DNA of 63,921 nt, filler included, from an uncultured Methanosarcinales archaeon (GTDB taxonomy: Archaea > Nanobdellota > Nanobdellia > Woesearchaeales > JABMPP01), in NCBI GenBank assembly GCA_964604995.1. It is 4 parts of 4 records of this genome, joined end to end, with 100 filler letters (N's around TTAATTAATTAA, not from the genome) between each part and the next. Parts side by side here need not be neighbours in the genome. Positions count along the whole stretch, not along the records: positions 40,971 to 60,616 come from CAZSAD010000031.1; 3 more parts are not named here. One strand, given 5' to 3'. Made by a program: the position numbers and the translations under genes. Below the pieces are notes generated by a model. It ran no database searches. It saw nothing but the letters and a program-made list of their open reading frames with translations, and was not told where the DNA came from. Shown one piece after another: positions 41,235 through 51,783 of the stretch (position 1 is the stretch's first letter; the number at the start of each line of letters is the position of its first letter).

Positions 41235-41936
41235 TTATTTCTTTTCGCCTTTTAACTTATTCATTATAGTTTGGGTAGTTTCGTGGATTTTTTGTCTTAG
41301 CTTAGATGTTTTTTTCTCAAGTTTTTTTGTATCTTTTTTTATTCTATCTTCTGTACTCCAAGCGTATTCATTTAACATCCATTTGATATCTTTTATTCTT
41401 CCTTCCCATCCTTCAATATGAACAATATCATATAATCTATATTTGTCGGGAATTGGTGGTTTTTCGTCAGGAATTCCAAGTGTTATAATCGCTTGCGGTC
41501 GTATATATTCAGGAACAGAACAAACTCTTCTTAGCATATCTTCATCAAATGAACCAACCCAGCAAGCGCCAAGTCCTTGCGCATTTGCAGCAATTAACAT
41601 ATTTTCAGCAACAGCTGCACAGTTTTGAATAGCATACAATCTTTCTCCTCTAACACCATAAAATCTTCTTGCTTTTTCAACTTCACAAACAATTAATATG
41701 TGCACTGCAGCATTTTGCATCCAATACTGGTCCAAACAAGCTTCAGCAATAGCTTTTCTTTTGCTTTCATCTAGAACAACAATAAATTTCCAATTTTGTA
41801 AATTGCCAGCAGATGGTGCATTTAATCCAGCTTCTAAAACAACTCCAACTTTATCCCAATCTACAGGAAGATCTTTATATTTTCTAATAGACCTTCTGCT
41901 TGCGATGGCTTCAATTGCATCCATTTTATACACCAC
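41235..41936 (-). CDS. Nitroreductase family protein
   Basis: RRSIRKY, APSAGNLQNW.F, GLGACWVG. Confidence 0.93.
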   Translation of the reverse strand: MVYKMDAIEAIASRRSIRKYKDLPVDWDKVGVVLEAGLNAPSAGNLQNWKFIVVLDESKRKAIAEACLDQYWMQNAAVHILIVCEVEKARRFYGVRGERLYAIQNCAAVAENMLIAANAQGLGACWVGSFDEDMLRRVCSVPEYIRPQAIITLGIPDEKPPIPDKYRLYDIVHIEGWEGRIKDIKWMLNEYAWSTEDRIKKDTKKLEKKTSKLRQKIHETTQTIMNKLKGEKK

Positions 41937-42003
41937 TTTTATAAAATAAACTTCTTTGCAAAAGTTTTTAATACCAACCAGTATAAATAACTAACGTTCA
42001 CAA

Positions 42004-43755
42004 ATGCAATATTTAAAACTTGTTGAGGTTTATGACCATTTAGAGTCTTCAAGTAAAAGGCTCGATAAAACATTTTACATAGCTAAATTGCTAAGTGTTA
42101 CTCCAGAGGGGGATTTGACACATATACTTTTATTATTGCAAGGCAAACTTTATCCACCCTGGGATGAGAGGAAAATTGGAGTTGCAGCAAGAATTATTCT
42201 AAAAGCTCTAAATTTAGCAACAGGTGAAAACATTGAGCGAGTTGAAAGTGAATGGAAACATACTGGCGATCTTGGAAAAGTTGCAGAAAATTTAATTTTA
42301 AAGAAAAAACAATCAACTCTTTTTAATAAAGAATTATCAGTTGAAAAAGTTTTCACCAATTTAAGAAAATTATCTGAGCTTGAAGGTGAAGGAACAGTTA
42401 ATAACAAAGTGCAACTAATAGCTGAACTTTTAACATCCGCAAGCCCAATTGAAGCAAAATATATAACACGAACTGTTCTAGAAGAACTTCGAATTGGTGT
42501 AGGTGAAGGTTCTATTCGTGATGCAATTGTCTGGTGTCATTTTAATGACTTAGAAAAAATGAAAGAGATAAAAGAAGGAGATACTAAAGAAGAATACAAA
42601 AATTATCTGACCAAAGTGCAAGAAGCTTATGATTTAACAAATGATTTTGGTGAAGTTGCAATAGCATCAAGAAAAGGTGAAAGTGCTTTAGAAAATATTC
42701 AACTAAAAGCTGGAAAGCCAATAAAAGTAATGCTAGGGCCAAAAGCCAAAGATGTAGCTGAAGCTTTTGAAATTGTAGGAAAACCAGCAGCAATTGAATA
42801 CAAATATGATGGATTTAGAATGCAGGTGCATAATGATTCTGGAAAAATAAAAATATTTACAAGAAGATTGGAAGATGTAACATTGCAATTTCCTGAAGTA
42901 GTAACCTATTTTAAAAAAAATGTCCAGCATCAAGATTATATTTTTGATGGTGAAGCAGTTGGCTTTGATCCCAAAACTAAAAAATATCTTCCATTTCAAA
43001 AAGTGTCTCAAAGAATAAAAAGAAAATATGACATTGAAAAAACAGCTAAAGAGTTTCCAGTTGAATTAAATGTTTTTGATGTTATATTATTAGATGGTAA
43101 AAATCTCCTAAAAATTCCGTTCCAGGAAAGACGAAAAATTCTAGAAGAAACTATTCCTCAAAAACAATTAGATGTTGTTTTAGCAAAGCAAATAATTTCA
43201 GATGATGAAAAAACAGTTACTCAATTTTACGAAGATACTTTAAAATTAGGAATGGAAGGTGTAATGTTCAAAAATATAACTGCCTCATATAAACCAGGTT
43301 CAAGAGTTGGTCATATGGTAAAATTAAAACCAGTAATGGAAGGATTAGATGTGGTAATAATTTCTGCTGAATGGGGTGAAGGCAAAAGAGCAACTTGGTT
43401 AACTAGCTACACAATCGCAGTGCAAGATGATTATGGGAACTTAATTGAAATAGGAAAAGTAAGTACTGGTCTAAAAGAACTTGAAGGCGAAGAAGGCACA
43501 ACATTTGCGCAAATGACTTCCTTATTGCAGCCATTAATCATTTCTGAAAAAGGTAAAATTGTTGAAGTAAAACCTCAAATAGTAATTGAAGTAAATTATG
43601 AAGAGATTCAAAAAAGTCCAACCTATTCTTCAGGATATGCTTTAAGATTTCCAAGATTTATTAGATTAAGAGAAGATAGGTCAGGAGAAGAAATTTCCGA
43701 TATTAATTTTGTTGAAGATTTGTATTATGAACAAAAAGGCAAAGGAAATAAATAA
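42004..43755 (+). CDS. lig: ATP-dependent DNA ligase
   Basis: EYKYDGFR, DGE, EGVMFK, KLKP, LRFPRF.RLR.D. Confidence 0.97.
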   Translation: MQYLKLVEVYDHLESSSKRLDKTFYIAKLLSVTPEGDLTHILLLLQGKLYPPWDERKIGVAARIILKALNLATGENIERVESEWKHTGDLGKVAENLILKKKQSTLFNKELSVEKVFTNLRKLSELEGEGTVNNKVQLIAELLTSASPIEAKYITRTVLEELRIGVGEGSIRDAIVWCHFNDLEKMKEIKEGDTKEEYKNYLTKVQEAYDLTNDFGEVAIASRKGESALENIQLKAGKPIKVMLGPKAKDVAEAFEIVGKPAAIEYKYDGFRMQVHNDSGKIKIFTRRLEDVTLQFPEVVTYFKKNVQHQDYIFDGEAVGFDPKTKKYLPFQKVSQRIKRKYDIEKTAKEFPVELNVFDVILLDGKNLLKIPFQERRKILEETIPQKQLDVVLAKQIISDDEKTVTQFYEDTLKLGMEGVMFKNITASYKPGSRVGHMVKLKPVMEGLDVVIISAEWGEGKRATWLTSYTIAVQDDYGNLIEIGKVSTGLKELEGEEGTTFAQMTSLLQPLIISEKGKIVEVKPQIVIEVNYEEIQKSPTYSSGYALRFPRFIRLREDRSGEEISDINFVEDLYYEQKGKGNK

Positions 43756-43804
43756 AAATTCAAGAAATTAAAATATTTAATTTTTTTTTCTACTGCTGAT
43801 TATT

Positions 43805-44308
43805 TTATTTTACAATTTCAACATTATTTTGAACTGATTTTTGATTAGTTACTGGAAGGTATTTTTCATAATTTTCTTTTATTGCAGCTACCCATAAATT
43901 AGGACTGTTCAAAGTATCTTTTGATTTTATCTGCTCAAGGGAATTTAAATAAAATTGGTGTAAGTTATTGTATAATGCGTTATCTTTGATATCATATCCT
44001 TCATTTTCCATATATCTCAAAAGATTATGTAGTTGCATATTAACTTCCCCTACTTTAACTAATAAATTATCACCAGAATAATTTTCTTTGTTGTTAATTA
44101 TTCCTTTTAATATTGGTTTAATTGTTGTATCTATTGCATTATAAATAATTTTTTCTACTTCATCACTGCACTTATTTATCCCCTCTTGCACAAGTGCTTT
44201 AAGTTGCGGGGAAGAATTTTCAAAATTTTGTTTTAAGGCAGTTTCCAATTCTTTAAGGGTAAAGTTGTTACCATTAGACATGTCAACATAATTTATTCCG
44301 CTATTCAT
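43805..44308 (-). CDS. Orphan tandem paralog D
   Basis: IKPIL..II, LYNNL..FY, YLPVTNQKSVQNNVEIVK. Start ATG 44308. Confidence 0.7.
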   Translation of the reverse strand: MNSGINYVDMSNGNNFTLKELETALKQNFENSSPQLKALVQEGINKCSDEVEKIIYNAIDTTIKPILKGIINNKENYSGDNLLVKVGEVNMQLHNLLRYMENEGYDIKDNALYNNLHQFYLNSLEQIKSKDTLNSPNLWVAAIKENYEKYLPVTNQKSVQNNVEIVK

Positions 44309-44317
44309 ATTTATCAC

Positions 44318-44683
44318 TCATTTTACAATTTCAACATTATTTTGAATGGATTCTTGATTAGTTATTGGAAAATATTTATTTGACATTTCTTTTACTATAT
44401 TCACCCATTCACTCCTATTCTTTGGATGGGTTATATTTAAATTAAATTGTTGATTCAACTCTACATAAAAATTATATAAATTATTATACAATGGATCCGA
44501 AAGATCATAATTGCTCTCTTCCATTGATTCAAGAAGTTCTTCAGTTTCTATCATAATCGATTCTAATTCAGTTATTGGATTATGGACGAACTTTCCAGGA
44601 GAATTAATTATTCTATCAAGCGCAGGTCTTATCTCAATATCTATTCCTGCATTAATGAGGTTATACATTTTTTCATTATCCAT
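44318..44683 (-). CDS. Orphan tandem paralog C
   Basis: MDNEKMY, IRP.L..II, DPLYNNL, YFPITNQESIQNNVEIVK. Confidence 0.7.
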   Translation of the reverse strand: MDNEKMYNLINAGIDIEIRPALDRIINSPGKFVHNPITELESIMIETEELLESMEESNYDLSDPLYNNLYNFYVELNQQFNLNITHPKNRSEWVNIVKEMSNKYFPITNQESIQNNVEIVK

Positions 44684-44693
44684 AATTTATCAC

Positions 44694-45083
44694 TCACTTT
44701 AAATTCCCATCTTTATTTTGAATTGGTTCTTGATTAGTTTTTGGAAAATATGTTTCATACATATCTTTTACTTTAGTTACTAACAATTCTTCCGGGAAGG
44801 TTGAACCATTTTTTAATAAACTCATTTTATTAGATGGGGCAATAATCTGATTAACACAATCTATGCAAAAATCATCCATATTTCTATACAATGGATCTTT
44901 ATTATTATAACCACAACTATTCATAACTCCAAGAAGTTGTTTAATGTACATGACTGCTAATTCTAAATTAATATTGGGATTAGGGTGTTGAATTTCTTTA
45001 TTGTTGATTATATCTTCAATCAAAGGTTTTATTTTAGTTTCTATTCCTTCATTAATAATATCATACATTATTTCATTATCCAT
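44694..45083 (-). CDS. Orphan tandem paralog B
   Basis: MDNEIMY, IKP.I..II, DPLYRN, TFPEELLV.KVKDMYETYFPKTNQEPIQN. Confidence 0.7.
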   Translation of the reverse strand: MDNEIMYDIINEGIETKIKPLIEDIINNKEIQHPNPNINLELAVMYIKQLLGVMNSCGYNNKDPLYRNMDDFCIDCVNQIIAPSNKMSLLKNGSTFPEELLVTKVKDMYETYFPKTNQEPIQNKDGNLK

Positions 45084-45093
45084 AATTTATCAC

Positions 45094-45612
45094 TCATTTT
45101 GTAATTTTAACATTATTTTGAATGGGTTCTTGATTAGTTTTTGGGAAATATGTTTCATACATTTCTTTTACCTTAGCTACTAATAATTCTTGGGGGAAAG
45201 TTTCTATTTTCTGCCTGAGAATTTGTTTACCCGACTCCAAATAAAACATGTACACATTATGGTATAAAGAATTTTTAGGGATATAATCCCTTTCATTTAC
45301 CTCTCTAAGAAGATTATCCATTTTTATATGAACCTCTGCAAGATTAATCATAAGATCATAAATGTCATCTCCTTTTTTATTGTCAATTATATTCTCAAGT
45401 ACTGGTCTTATTTTTTCTTCTATCTCATTTTCCATCATTTCTTTTCGAACTTTATCCATTAAATCAAAAGTATCTTTCACATTTCCTTGAATTAGTGGTG
45501 ACAGATTTCCAATACTTTGTAAAATACTTTTTTTTAATTCTTCAATACTAATATCATCATTTATTCCACCTAATTGACTATTACCCTTATAATAATTTGT
45601 TCCACCCTTCAT
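45094..45612 (-). CDS. Orphan tandem paralog A
   Basis: IRPVL..II, LYHN, TFPQELLV.KVKEMYETYFPKTNQEPIQNNV. Confidence 0.7.
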   Translation of the reverse strand: MKGGTNYYKGNSQLGGINDDISIEELKKSILQSIGNLSPLIQGNVKDTFDLMDKVRKEMMENEIEEKIRPVLENIIDNKKGDDIYDLMINLAEVHIKMDNLLREVNERDYIPKNSLYHNVYMFYLESGKQILRQKIETFPQELLVAKVKEMYETYFPKTNQEPIQNNVKITK

Positions 45613-45622
45613 AATTAATCAC

Positions 45623-46303
45623 TCACTTTAAAGTTTCAAGTTTTTTATTGAGTTGAATTAATCTTTTTCTTTGTTTTTTGAGTTTTAATTCAAGTTCCAA
45701 ATTAATCCTTTTCATGCTCTTAAATTTTCTATTCATAAATTTTTTTAATTTGGCATCATTCTCTTCATTGACTCTTGCTCTAGAATTTAATGTTCTAATC
45801 CTTCTTGTTTGAACTACTGATCTTGCTTGTAATCTTTTAATAGTTCTTTGGATTGGGCTGATTTTTTTACTAGCTTCTTTTGCTTTTTTTGTTGCAATAT
45901 CTAAATCCCCTTCCCAACCAATCATCATTCTTGATGTTTGTTCTATTTTTTCAGAAAGTGCATCAACAGTCATATTAATTTCCTTAATGTTCTCCACTTT
46001 TGAAGAAATTTCATCCAAATCATTAGAAAGATTTGCAAAATTTGTGCTAATTTCAAGTTCTGTATTTTTTGATTCAAGATTATCTTTTTGTATTGCTGTA
46101 AAATTATTTTCAACATATTCAACTTTTTCTCTAACGCCAGTCATGTTTTCATGAACTGAAGACACTTGTAAATTAATGTGATTGATACTTTCTTTTAGAG
46201 CTTCAAGATATTCTCTTACTGCATCAAAATCTCTTTTTACTTTGATAAATGCTTCAATAGTAGCTTGCTGGTCAAGCATAACTCTAGTTTTAAGTTCTGA
46301 CAT
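45623..46303 (-). CDS. Long coiled-coil protein with basic C-terminus
   Basis: Heptad pattern throughout. ATG 46303 follows a GGGGGG SD. Confidence 0.7.
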   Translation of the reverse strand: MSELKTRVMLDQQATIEAFIKVKRDFDAVREYLEALKESINHINLQVSSVHENMTGVREKVEYVENNFTAIQKDNLESKNTELEISTNFANLSNDLDEISSKVENIKEINMTVDALSEKIEQTSRMMIGWEGDLDIATKKAKEASKKISPIQRTIKRLQARSVVQTRRIRTLNSRARVNEENDAKLKKFMNRKFKSMKRINLELELKLKKQRKRLIQLNKKLETLK

Positions 46304-46516
46304 GGAAAACCCCCCCAATAACTTATTTTTTTGCAAATTAATTTTTAATAATTTTAATAGTAATTAATAACAATATTTGTCTAAATTATTATATTTATAC
46401 TACTATATAATGGTGATAGTTTATAAATCTTATGGAAATAAATTTACAGAGCATAAAACTAGAATCAAAAGAAAAAGTTAATAACGCTTAAATTTAAAAT
46501 AATTTAAAATTCAAAA

Positions 46517-46918
46517 CTAAGCTCTAAATCTATTATAATCATTTTTTATAGTATAATGTGTTTGATTTTCATAATCATGATTATTGCCGATAACTTCATT
46601 ATAATGGTTATGCATATAATAAACAACATTTTCTAATCCATCATCATATTCTTCTTTGCTTTTTTTGTCTATACTTTCTTCTTCACTATTATTAGCATAC
46701 CAAGTATGAACACTTCCATCGGCCAAGCTGTCCATTTCATAAAGGTCTTTGCTTTTATTTTCAGTTTCACCAATAATAGCCATTCCTTTCGGGAAGAAAT
46801 AGTTTAAACTTGTATTATTCAAAGCATTATTTATTTCATTATAATCTTGCGTATTATACATTGGTATAGGTGTCATAAATTCTAAATGCCAAGTTGCTCC
46901 AGTTTCCATGTAACTCAC
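46517..46918 (-). CDS. Hypothetical acidic protein
   Basis: 133-aa ORF in an otherwise very AT-rich region. Confidence 0.5.
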   Translation of the reverse strand: MSYMETGATWHLEFMTPIPMYNTQDYNEINNALNNTSLNYFFPKGMAIIGETENKSKDLYEMDSLADGSVHTWYANNSEEESIDKKSKEEYDDGLENVVYYMHNHYNEVIGNNHDYENQTHYTIKNDYNRFRA

Positions 46919-47302
46919 GCTTTTTTATTATTTTACTTTATTATTTAGTAGTTTTATTTTATTATATTGGTATAGTTATTTGTATACTGATATAATAATT
47001 AAGTATATAAACCTTTGCTTTCTATGCACGAACTTATTTATTTTCATATATAAAAATATAAATTAATACTCACACTTAATTATATTCAACTTGATTATTG
47101 TCTATTATTGCCTAATTATTACTAAAACTTAATAAACATTTTATATAATTTATAGTACACTACTATCCTATAAAAATAAAAAAAGAACACTCAAAACAAT
47201 CAAAGGAATAAAAGTTGTCATAATTCTAACAAAATCATTCTATTTTATAAAAGTTTATTATTAAATTATTATTATCATCAAAATAAAATCTAAATCATAT
47301 TT

Positions 47303-47845
47303 TCATTTTTTCTCTAAAATTAATTTATAATGGTTTGTCATCTCCACACTCTTAACTTTCTTAAATCCAGGAAATATTTCTTCAACTTGTTTTGAATCTA
47401 ATTTTATTTCTTGGGAAGGTCCCATGGATGATTCTTTTTTAAATTCAACAACACAAAGTAAACCTGATTTTTTAACAACCCTATTAATTTCTTTAATTGA
47501 ATCATCTTCTTTATTTTGGATTAAACCGTGCAAGACATTTATAAGTAAACAAACATCAATCGAATTATTATTCAAATTCAACTTGTTTATATCTGCTTTA
47601 ATAGCTTCAATATTTTCAATGTTATAATTTTTAAGGCTATTAATTGATTCTTCATGTAAATCTATTGCAATAACTTTTTTCACTTTTTTAGATGCTTCAA
47701 TGGATAAATAACCATTCCCGCAACCAGCATCTAAAAGTATTTGATTCTTATTCAAATTAAGTTCATGAAGAATGTCTTTAGCTTTGAAAAATTGTTCTGA
47801 AGATTTTCCACCATGATGATGTTTTTCATGTTCCACATTTATCAC
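47303..47845 (-). CDS. Class I SAM-dependent methyltransferase
   Basis: LLDAGCGNG, NVLH, RVVKKSG, GP. Confidence 0.9.
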   Translation of the reverse strand: MINVEHEKHHHGGKSSEQFFKAKDILHELNLNKNQILLDAGCGNGYLSIEASKKVKKVIAIDLHEESINSLKNYNIENIEAIKADINKLNLNNNSIDVCLLINVLHGLIQNKEDDSIKEINRVVKKSGLLCVVEFKKESSMGPSQEIKLDSKQVEEIFPGFKKVKSVEMTNHYKLILEKK

Positions 47846-47930
47846 CTAATATTCAACTACTTAACATACCTAATATTCGATTACTTGTGCAATATTCTAA
47901 ATTATAGTTATAACTCTTTGCTTGAACTCT

Positions 47931-48653
47931 TCAACCATATTTCAAATACAATGGTATAAACAATCCTTTAAGTTTTGAAGATGCATCTTTAATGCCCTCT
48001 AAATCGCTATTATCAACAGCACTGCATAATTTATTGATATTTTCTAAATTTGCAGCAATTTTGTTGTTATAATCTAAAGTATCAGCTTCTTTAAAATTAA
48101 CTGGAGTTTGCTCAACATTATCCCATGCAATTTTCATAGAATTACAAGTATCTTTTAATGCAACAATATCTTTAGTATCTGCTTGTTCTATTGCTTTTTC
48201 CATAAGGTCATGGTATTCAGTTAAATAAAATCCGAGCATAGTGACATCATTTCGTTTGAATGTTTCTTGCCATATTTGTCTAACTTTTTCTAATTCTAAA
48301 TGCGCATCTCTTAAATTATCCCCATCTATTAAATCTGTTGAAAAAATTACAATATTATTTATACTATCAAGGCTTGCTTGCCATTTTAAATCAGATGAAT
48401 AAGGAGATATGGCATTTGTTTTGTAATTTGTATAAAAATCAGACCAAGCTGTATTATAATCTAGCATTAATGCAGCTGATTCAGTTTGATTTTGACCAGT
48501 TGCAAAAAGAACTTTTTTGTATGCTTCATTCATATTATTAAATTTTCTTCCAAAATCCTCTTGCTTTTTATGATTCAAAATATAAATTGCACCAACAATT
48601 AAAAATATGGATAATATTACACTTGCGATTATGATTATTTTTTTCTTATTCAT
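47931..48653 (-). CDS. Membrane-anchored helical-bundle protein
   Basis: N-terminal TM helix, AHLELE..R and YHDLME, possible metal-binding His/Glu. Confidence 0.6.
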   Translation of the reverse strand: MNKKKIIIIASVILSIFLIVGAIYILNHKKQEDFGRKFNNMNEAYKKVLFATGQNQTESAALMLDYNTAWSDFYTNYKTNAISPYSSDLKWQASLDSINNIVIFSTDLIDGDNLRDAHLELEKVRQIWQETFKRNDVTMLGFYLTEYHDLMEKAIEQADTKDIVALKDTCNSMKIAWDNVEQTPVNFKEADTLDYNNKIAANLENINKLCSAVDNSDLEGIKDASSKLKGLFIPLYLKYG

Positions 48654-48776
48654 TTTCCTACCTCGTATTTTTGTGAAATCTTTATTAAATGATTTTCAAT
48701 ACTAATATTTTACTACCATTAATTAATCTTCTTAAAATAAAAAAATAAAAATTAATAAAAAATAAAATAAAAAAAT

Positions 48777-49202
48777 TTAGTTTCTTTTACAAACTCCACT
48801 TCCTTGGCACATTCCATTTCCTGTACCTTTTTGCATTCCAGATTTTCCCATCATGCCATTGCCCACTCCAAGTTCAGCTTTTATTGCGTCTGCTTTAACA
48901 ATATCGCCAGCTAAATTTGCATTGTACATTTCAACATATTTATTGAAGTTGTCTTTATTTATTACTTGAAACATTCTTCCATTCATTGGTAGATTATTAT
49001 CTTGTCTGATTTTTATCCAAGCATCATAATCTTTATTAGACATTGCTTCTTCCATTTGTTCATGGACATCTGCACTGTAGTTTGGCCCTTTCACATTAGG
49101 ATCTCCCTTGTATGCATATGTGACACCAACTAATGCAATTATTCCAATTAGTAATAATGCAAACATTGTGCCCAATATTTTGTTTTTCATATTTTTTGTC
49201 AT
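48777..49202 (-). CDS. Secreted protein with Gly/Met-rich tail
   Basis: Signal peptide, AM..KDYDAW, GMMGKSGM tail. Confidence 0.65.
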   Translation of the reverse strand: MTKNMKNKILGTMFALLLIGIIALVGVTYAYKGDPNVKGPNYSADVHEQMEEAMSNKDYDAWIKIRQDNNLPMNGRMFQVINKDNFNKYVEMYNANLAGDIVKADAIKAELGVGNGMMGKSGMQKGTGNGMCQGSGVCKRN

Positions 49203-49249
49203 TCTATTTGCCTCCGTGCTAACTTACTAGCACAAGGTAATGTATATGT

Positions 49250-49311
49250 GAAACCATATGACTAGTTTACTGAAACTATGCCACCTTTTCTTGAAACTAT
49301 AAAAAAACTAT
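49250..49311. promoter_or_regulatory. Phased GAAAC(C/T)AT repeats between divergent genes
   Basis: Copies at 49250, 49272 and 49293, partial copy at 49305, inverted TAGTTT at 49263. Confidence 0.55.
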
Positions 49312-49396
49312 AAAATAACGCATAATTAAATCAAGTACATCTAAGGCACACCTATTTGTATAAAACTTTAAAAACACAGTAATCTTTTCTATATTC

Positions 49397-49936
49397 ATGG
49401 ACAAGAAAAAAACAATTCTCATAAGTTTGATTATTGTTTCATTTATATTAATGATCGTAAGTGTAATATTCTACATAGAAAATACAAGAGAACAAAGAAA
49501 AATTGATCCACTTGAACTCGAAAGTAAAACTAAAGATCAAATTATACAATATCTTTACGAAAAACAAGCAACAGAACATATTCCTTTTTATTTTTTCATA
49601 CCTATTTTTTCATTTTTTGGAATAGCAATAGGTGCATTGATATATTATTTGCTTAATGAGGAATTAGAAAAAAAGCAAAAAGTAATAGAATATGACACTA
49701 AAATAATACTCCAACTATTAGATCCTAATGAAAGAAAAGTAATCAATAAAATAGTAGAAAATAATGGTAAACTTCAACAAATTGAAATAACTTACATGGA
49801 AGGATATACTAAAGTTAAAGCACATAGAATAATTGAAAATTTAGTTCAAAAAGGAATATTAACTAAAGAAAAACTTGGTAAGATGCGACTTATCAAAATG
49901 AATAAAGATTTCTATGAGATATTAAAAGAGCAATAA
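49397..49936 (+). CDS. Membrane-bound winged-helix regulator (COG2512-like)
   Basis: Two TM helices, then L..NER.VI..I....G...Q.EI....G..KVK.HR...L..KG. Confidence 0.82.
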   Translation: MDKKKTILISLIIVSFILMIVSVIFYIENTREQRKIDPLELESKTKDQIIQYLYEKQATEHIPFYFFIPIFSFFGIAIGALIYYLLNEELEKKQKVIEYDTKIILQLLDPNERKVINKIVENNGKLQQIEITYMEGYTKVKAHRIIENLVQKGILTKEKLGKMRLIKMNKDFYEILKEQ

Positions 49937-50130
49937 ATAATGCTTTAAAAAAGTAATAACTTCTTATAATTCCTACTATTTTTTAAATCTCTGTATTTGT
50001 GTTGTAAACATTTTTAGAGGGTAAACAAGGACGGTACTTCTATTTGATTGCTCTTTTTTTCAGCACTCCGGTTTATTTATATAGTACCTACAAATCTTAG
50101 CAGTACTGACATAAATTGGAGGGCGAGAAA

Positions 50131-50463
50131 ATGACAGTAGTAGAATTAAATGATAAAAATTTCAAAGCTGAAATTAACAATGCAAGTACACCAGTAATAA
50201 TTGATTTTTTTGCATCATGGTGTGGTCCATGTAAAATGATGGCCCCCGTATTTGAGGAAATAAGTAATGACTATACTGGTAAATTAAAATTTGCTAAATT
50301 AAGTACTGAAGATTATCCAAATTTAGCAATGCAATATGACATTAGAAGTATACCTTGTTTAATCATCACTAAAAATGGAAAAGAAATCAATCGCATAGTT
50401 GGGTTTTCACCAAAATCTTCACTAAAAAAAGAAATTGATTCTATATTAAGTTCTTTAAAATGA
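50131..50463 (+). CDS. trxA: Thioredoxin
   Basis: DFFASWCGPCK, IRSIP. Confidence 0.95.
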   Translation: MTVVELNDKNFKAEINNASTPVIIDFFASWCGPCKMMAPVFEEISNDYTGKLKFAKLSTEDYPNLAMQYDIRSIPCLIITKNGKEINRIVGFSPKSSLKKEIDSILSSLK

Positions 50464-50478
50464 TCTTAGGAGGCTAAA

Positions 50479-51717
50479 ATGAAAAAAATATTAATCTTTC
50501 CAATAATCACATTAATATCTTTAATAAGCATAATTGGAGTTTTTGCTGAACTGAATTTAGACCACATTCAATTTGATCCAGCAATCATAGCAAGCGGTGA
50601 TCAGGTAGATGTAGTTGTGCAATTTCATTATACTGAAACCGGTCTAAGAAATGAAATGATAGGTAATCCCGATTATGATTTTAAAACAACTTTAGAACCT
50701 TATGATACTTTAACAAAAGATTATATTTTAATACAAGATTCTGAAGGTAATGACGTAAAAACCTTAATTTATTCAAATCAGTATTATAGTAAAAAATTCA
50801 GATTAAAAATACAAGATAATGCACCAGCAGGTAACTATGCATTAAAACTAGTTGGGCAATGGTATAAAAATGGACAACCTTATTCTTCACAACAATCTGC
50901 AAATTTTATGATGCAGGTAAAAAAAGAAGGAATCTCTTTATCAGTTTCAAATATTATTTCTGATCCAGAGCGAATAAGAAGTGGCGATAAAAATATTTTA
51001 CTCAATGCTGAAATATATAATAGTGGCGAAAAAGCAGCAAAAAATGTCAAAGTTGGTCTTTTTTATCCTCAGGGAATTACTTCATCTTACACCAATAATA
51101 ATCAGCTTAATTTGGGTGTAATTGAATCAATGCAAAAGAAAACTTTGCAATTCTATGTTGATACAGACAAATACATGAAATCTGGAATTTATTATGTAAA
51201 CTACACTTTAGATTATCAAGATACGGATTCTAACAATTATTACACTGTTTCTTCATTTCCTGTTGTAATCAAGAAAAAACCACACATTGTTGTAATAAAT
51301 TCAAGTGGATTTGGACTTGCTGGAAAAAATGCAGAGCTTAAAGTTGTGCTTAAAAATATAGGCGAAGAAAAAGCAGATGCTGTCGATGTTAGAATAATCA
51401 AGCAAAGCAGTCAACCATTTGAGATGGATGTCAGGTCCAGCTATATTGGTCAGTTAAACCCTGGAGAAGAAGCAACTGCAATTTTTAATTTAGGAATCAA
51501 TCAAGATGCAGAAATAAAAATTCATAATCTAAATTTAGCAATAAGGGCAAAGGGCGATTCAGAAGAAGGAGATAGTAATGTTTACACTTATTCTGATAGT
51601 GCATCTTTGGATGTTACTGGAAAAGTTGAAAATAATTATCCAACTTATGCTGCAATTTTTGCTGGTTTAGTTGTTGTTTTTGCTGTAATATTTTATGCCG
51701 TTAAAAAATCAAAATAA
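50479..51717 (+). CDS. COG1361-like exported protein
   Basis: Signal peptide, repeats N.GE..A..V.V and IG.L.PGE, C-terminal TM helix. Confidence 0.8.
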   Translation: MKKILIFPIITLISLISIIGVFAELNLDHIQFDPAIIASGDQVDVVVQFHYTETGLRNEMIGNPDYDFKTTLEPYDTLTKDYILIQDSEGNDVKTLIYSNQYYSKKFRLKIQDNAPAGNYALKLVGQWYKNGQPYSSQQSANFMMQVKKEGISLSVSNIISDPERIRSGDKNILLNAEIYNSGEKAAKNVKVGLFYPQGITSSYTNNNQLNLGVIESMQKKTLQFYVDTDKYMKSGIYYVNYTLDYQDTDSNNYYTVSSFPVVIKKKPHIVVINSSGFGLAGKNAELKVVLKNIGEEKADAVDVRIIKQSSQPFEMDVRSSYIGQLNPGEEATAIFNLGINQDAEIKIHNLNLAIRAKGDSEEGDSNVYTYSDSASLDVTGKVENNYPTYAAIFAGLVVVFAVIFYAVKKSK

Positions 51718-51783
51718 ATTTTAAAAAAACTGGTGTCTGTATTAATTTAAAATACACACTTTAATTTAACTTAAGGTTGTAGA

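Noticed and set aside
43805..45625. Integron cassette array
   Set aside because: No attC-like palindromes or integrase. The junctions are about 10 nt and the genes are paralogs.
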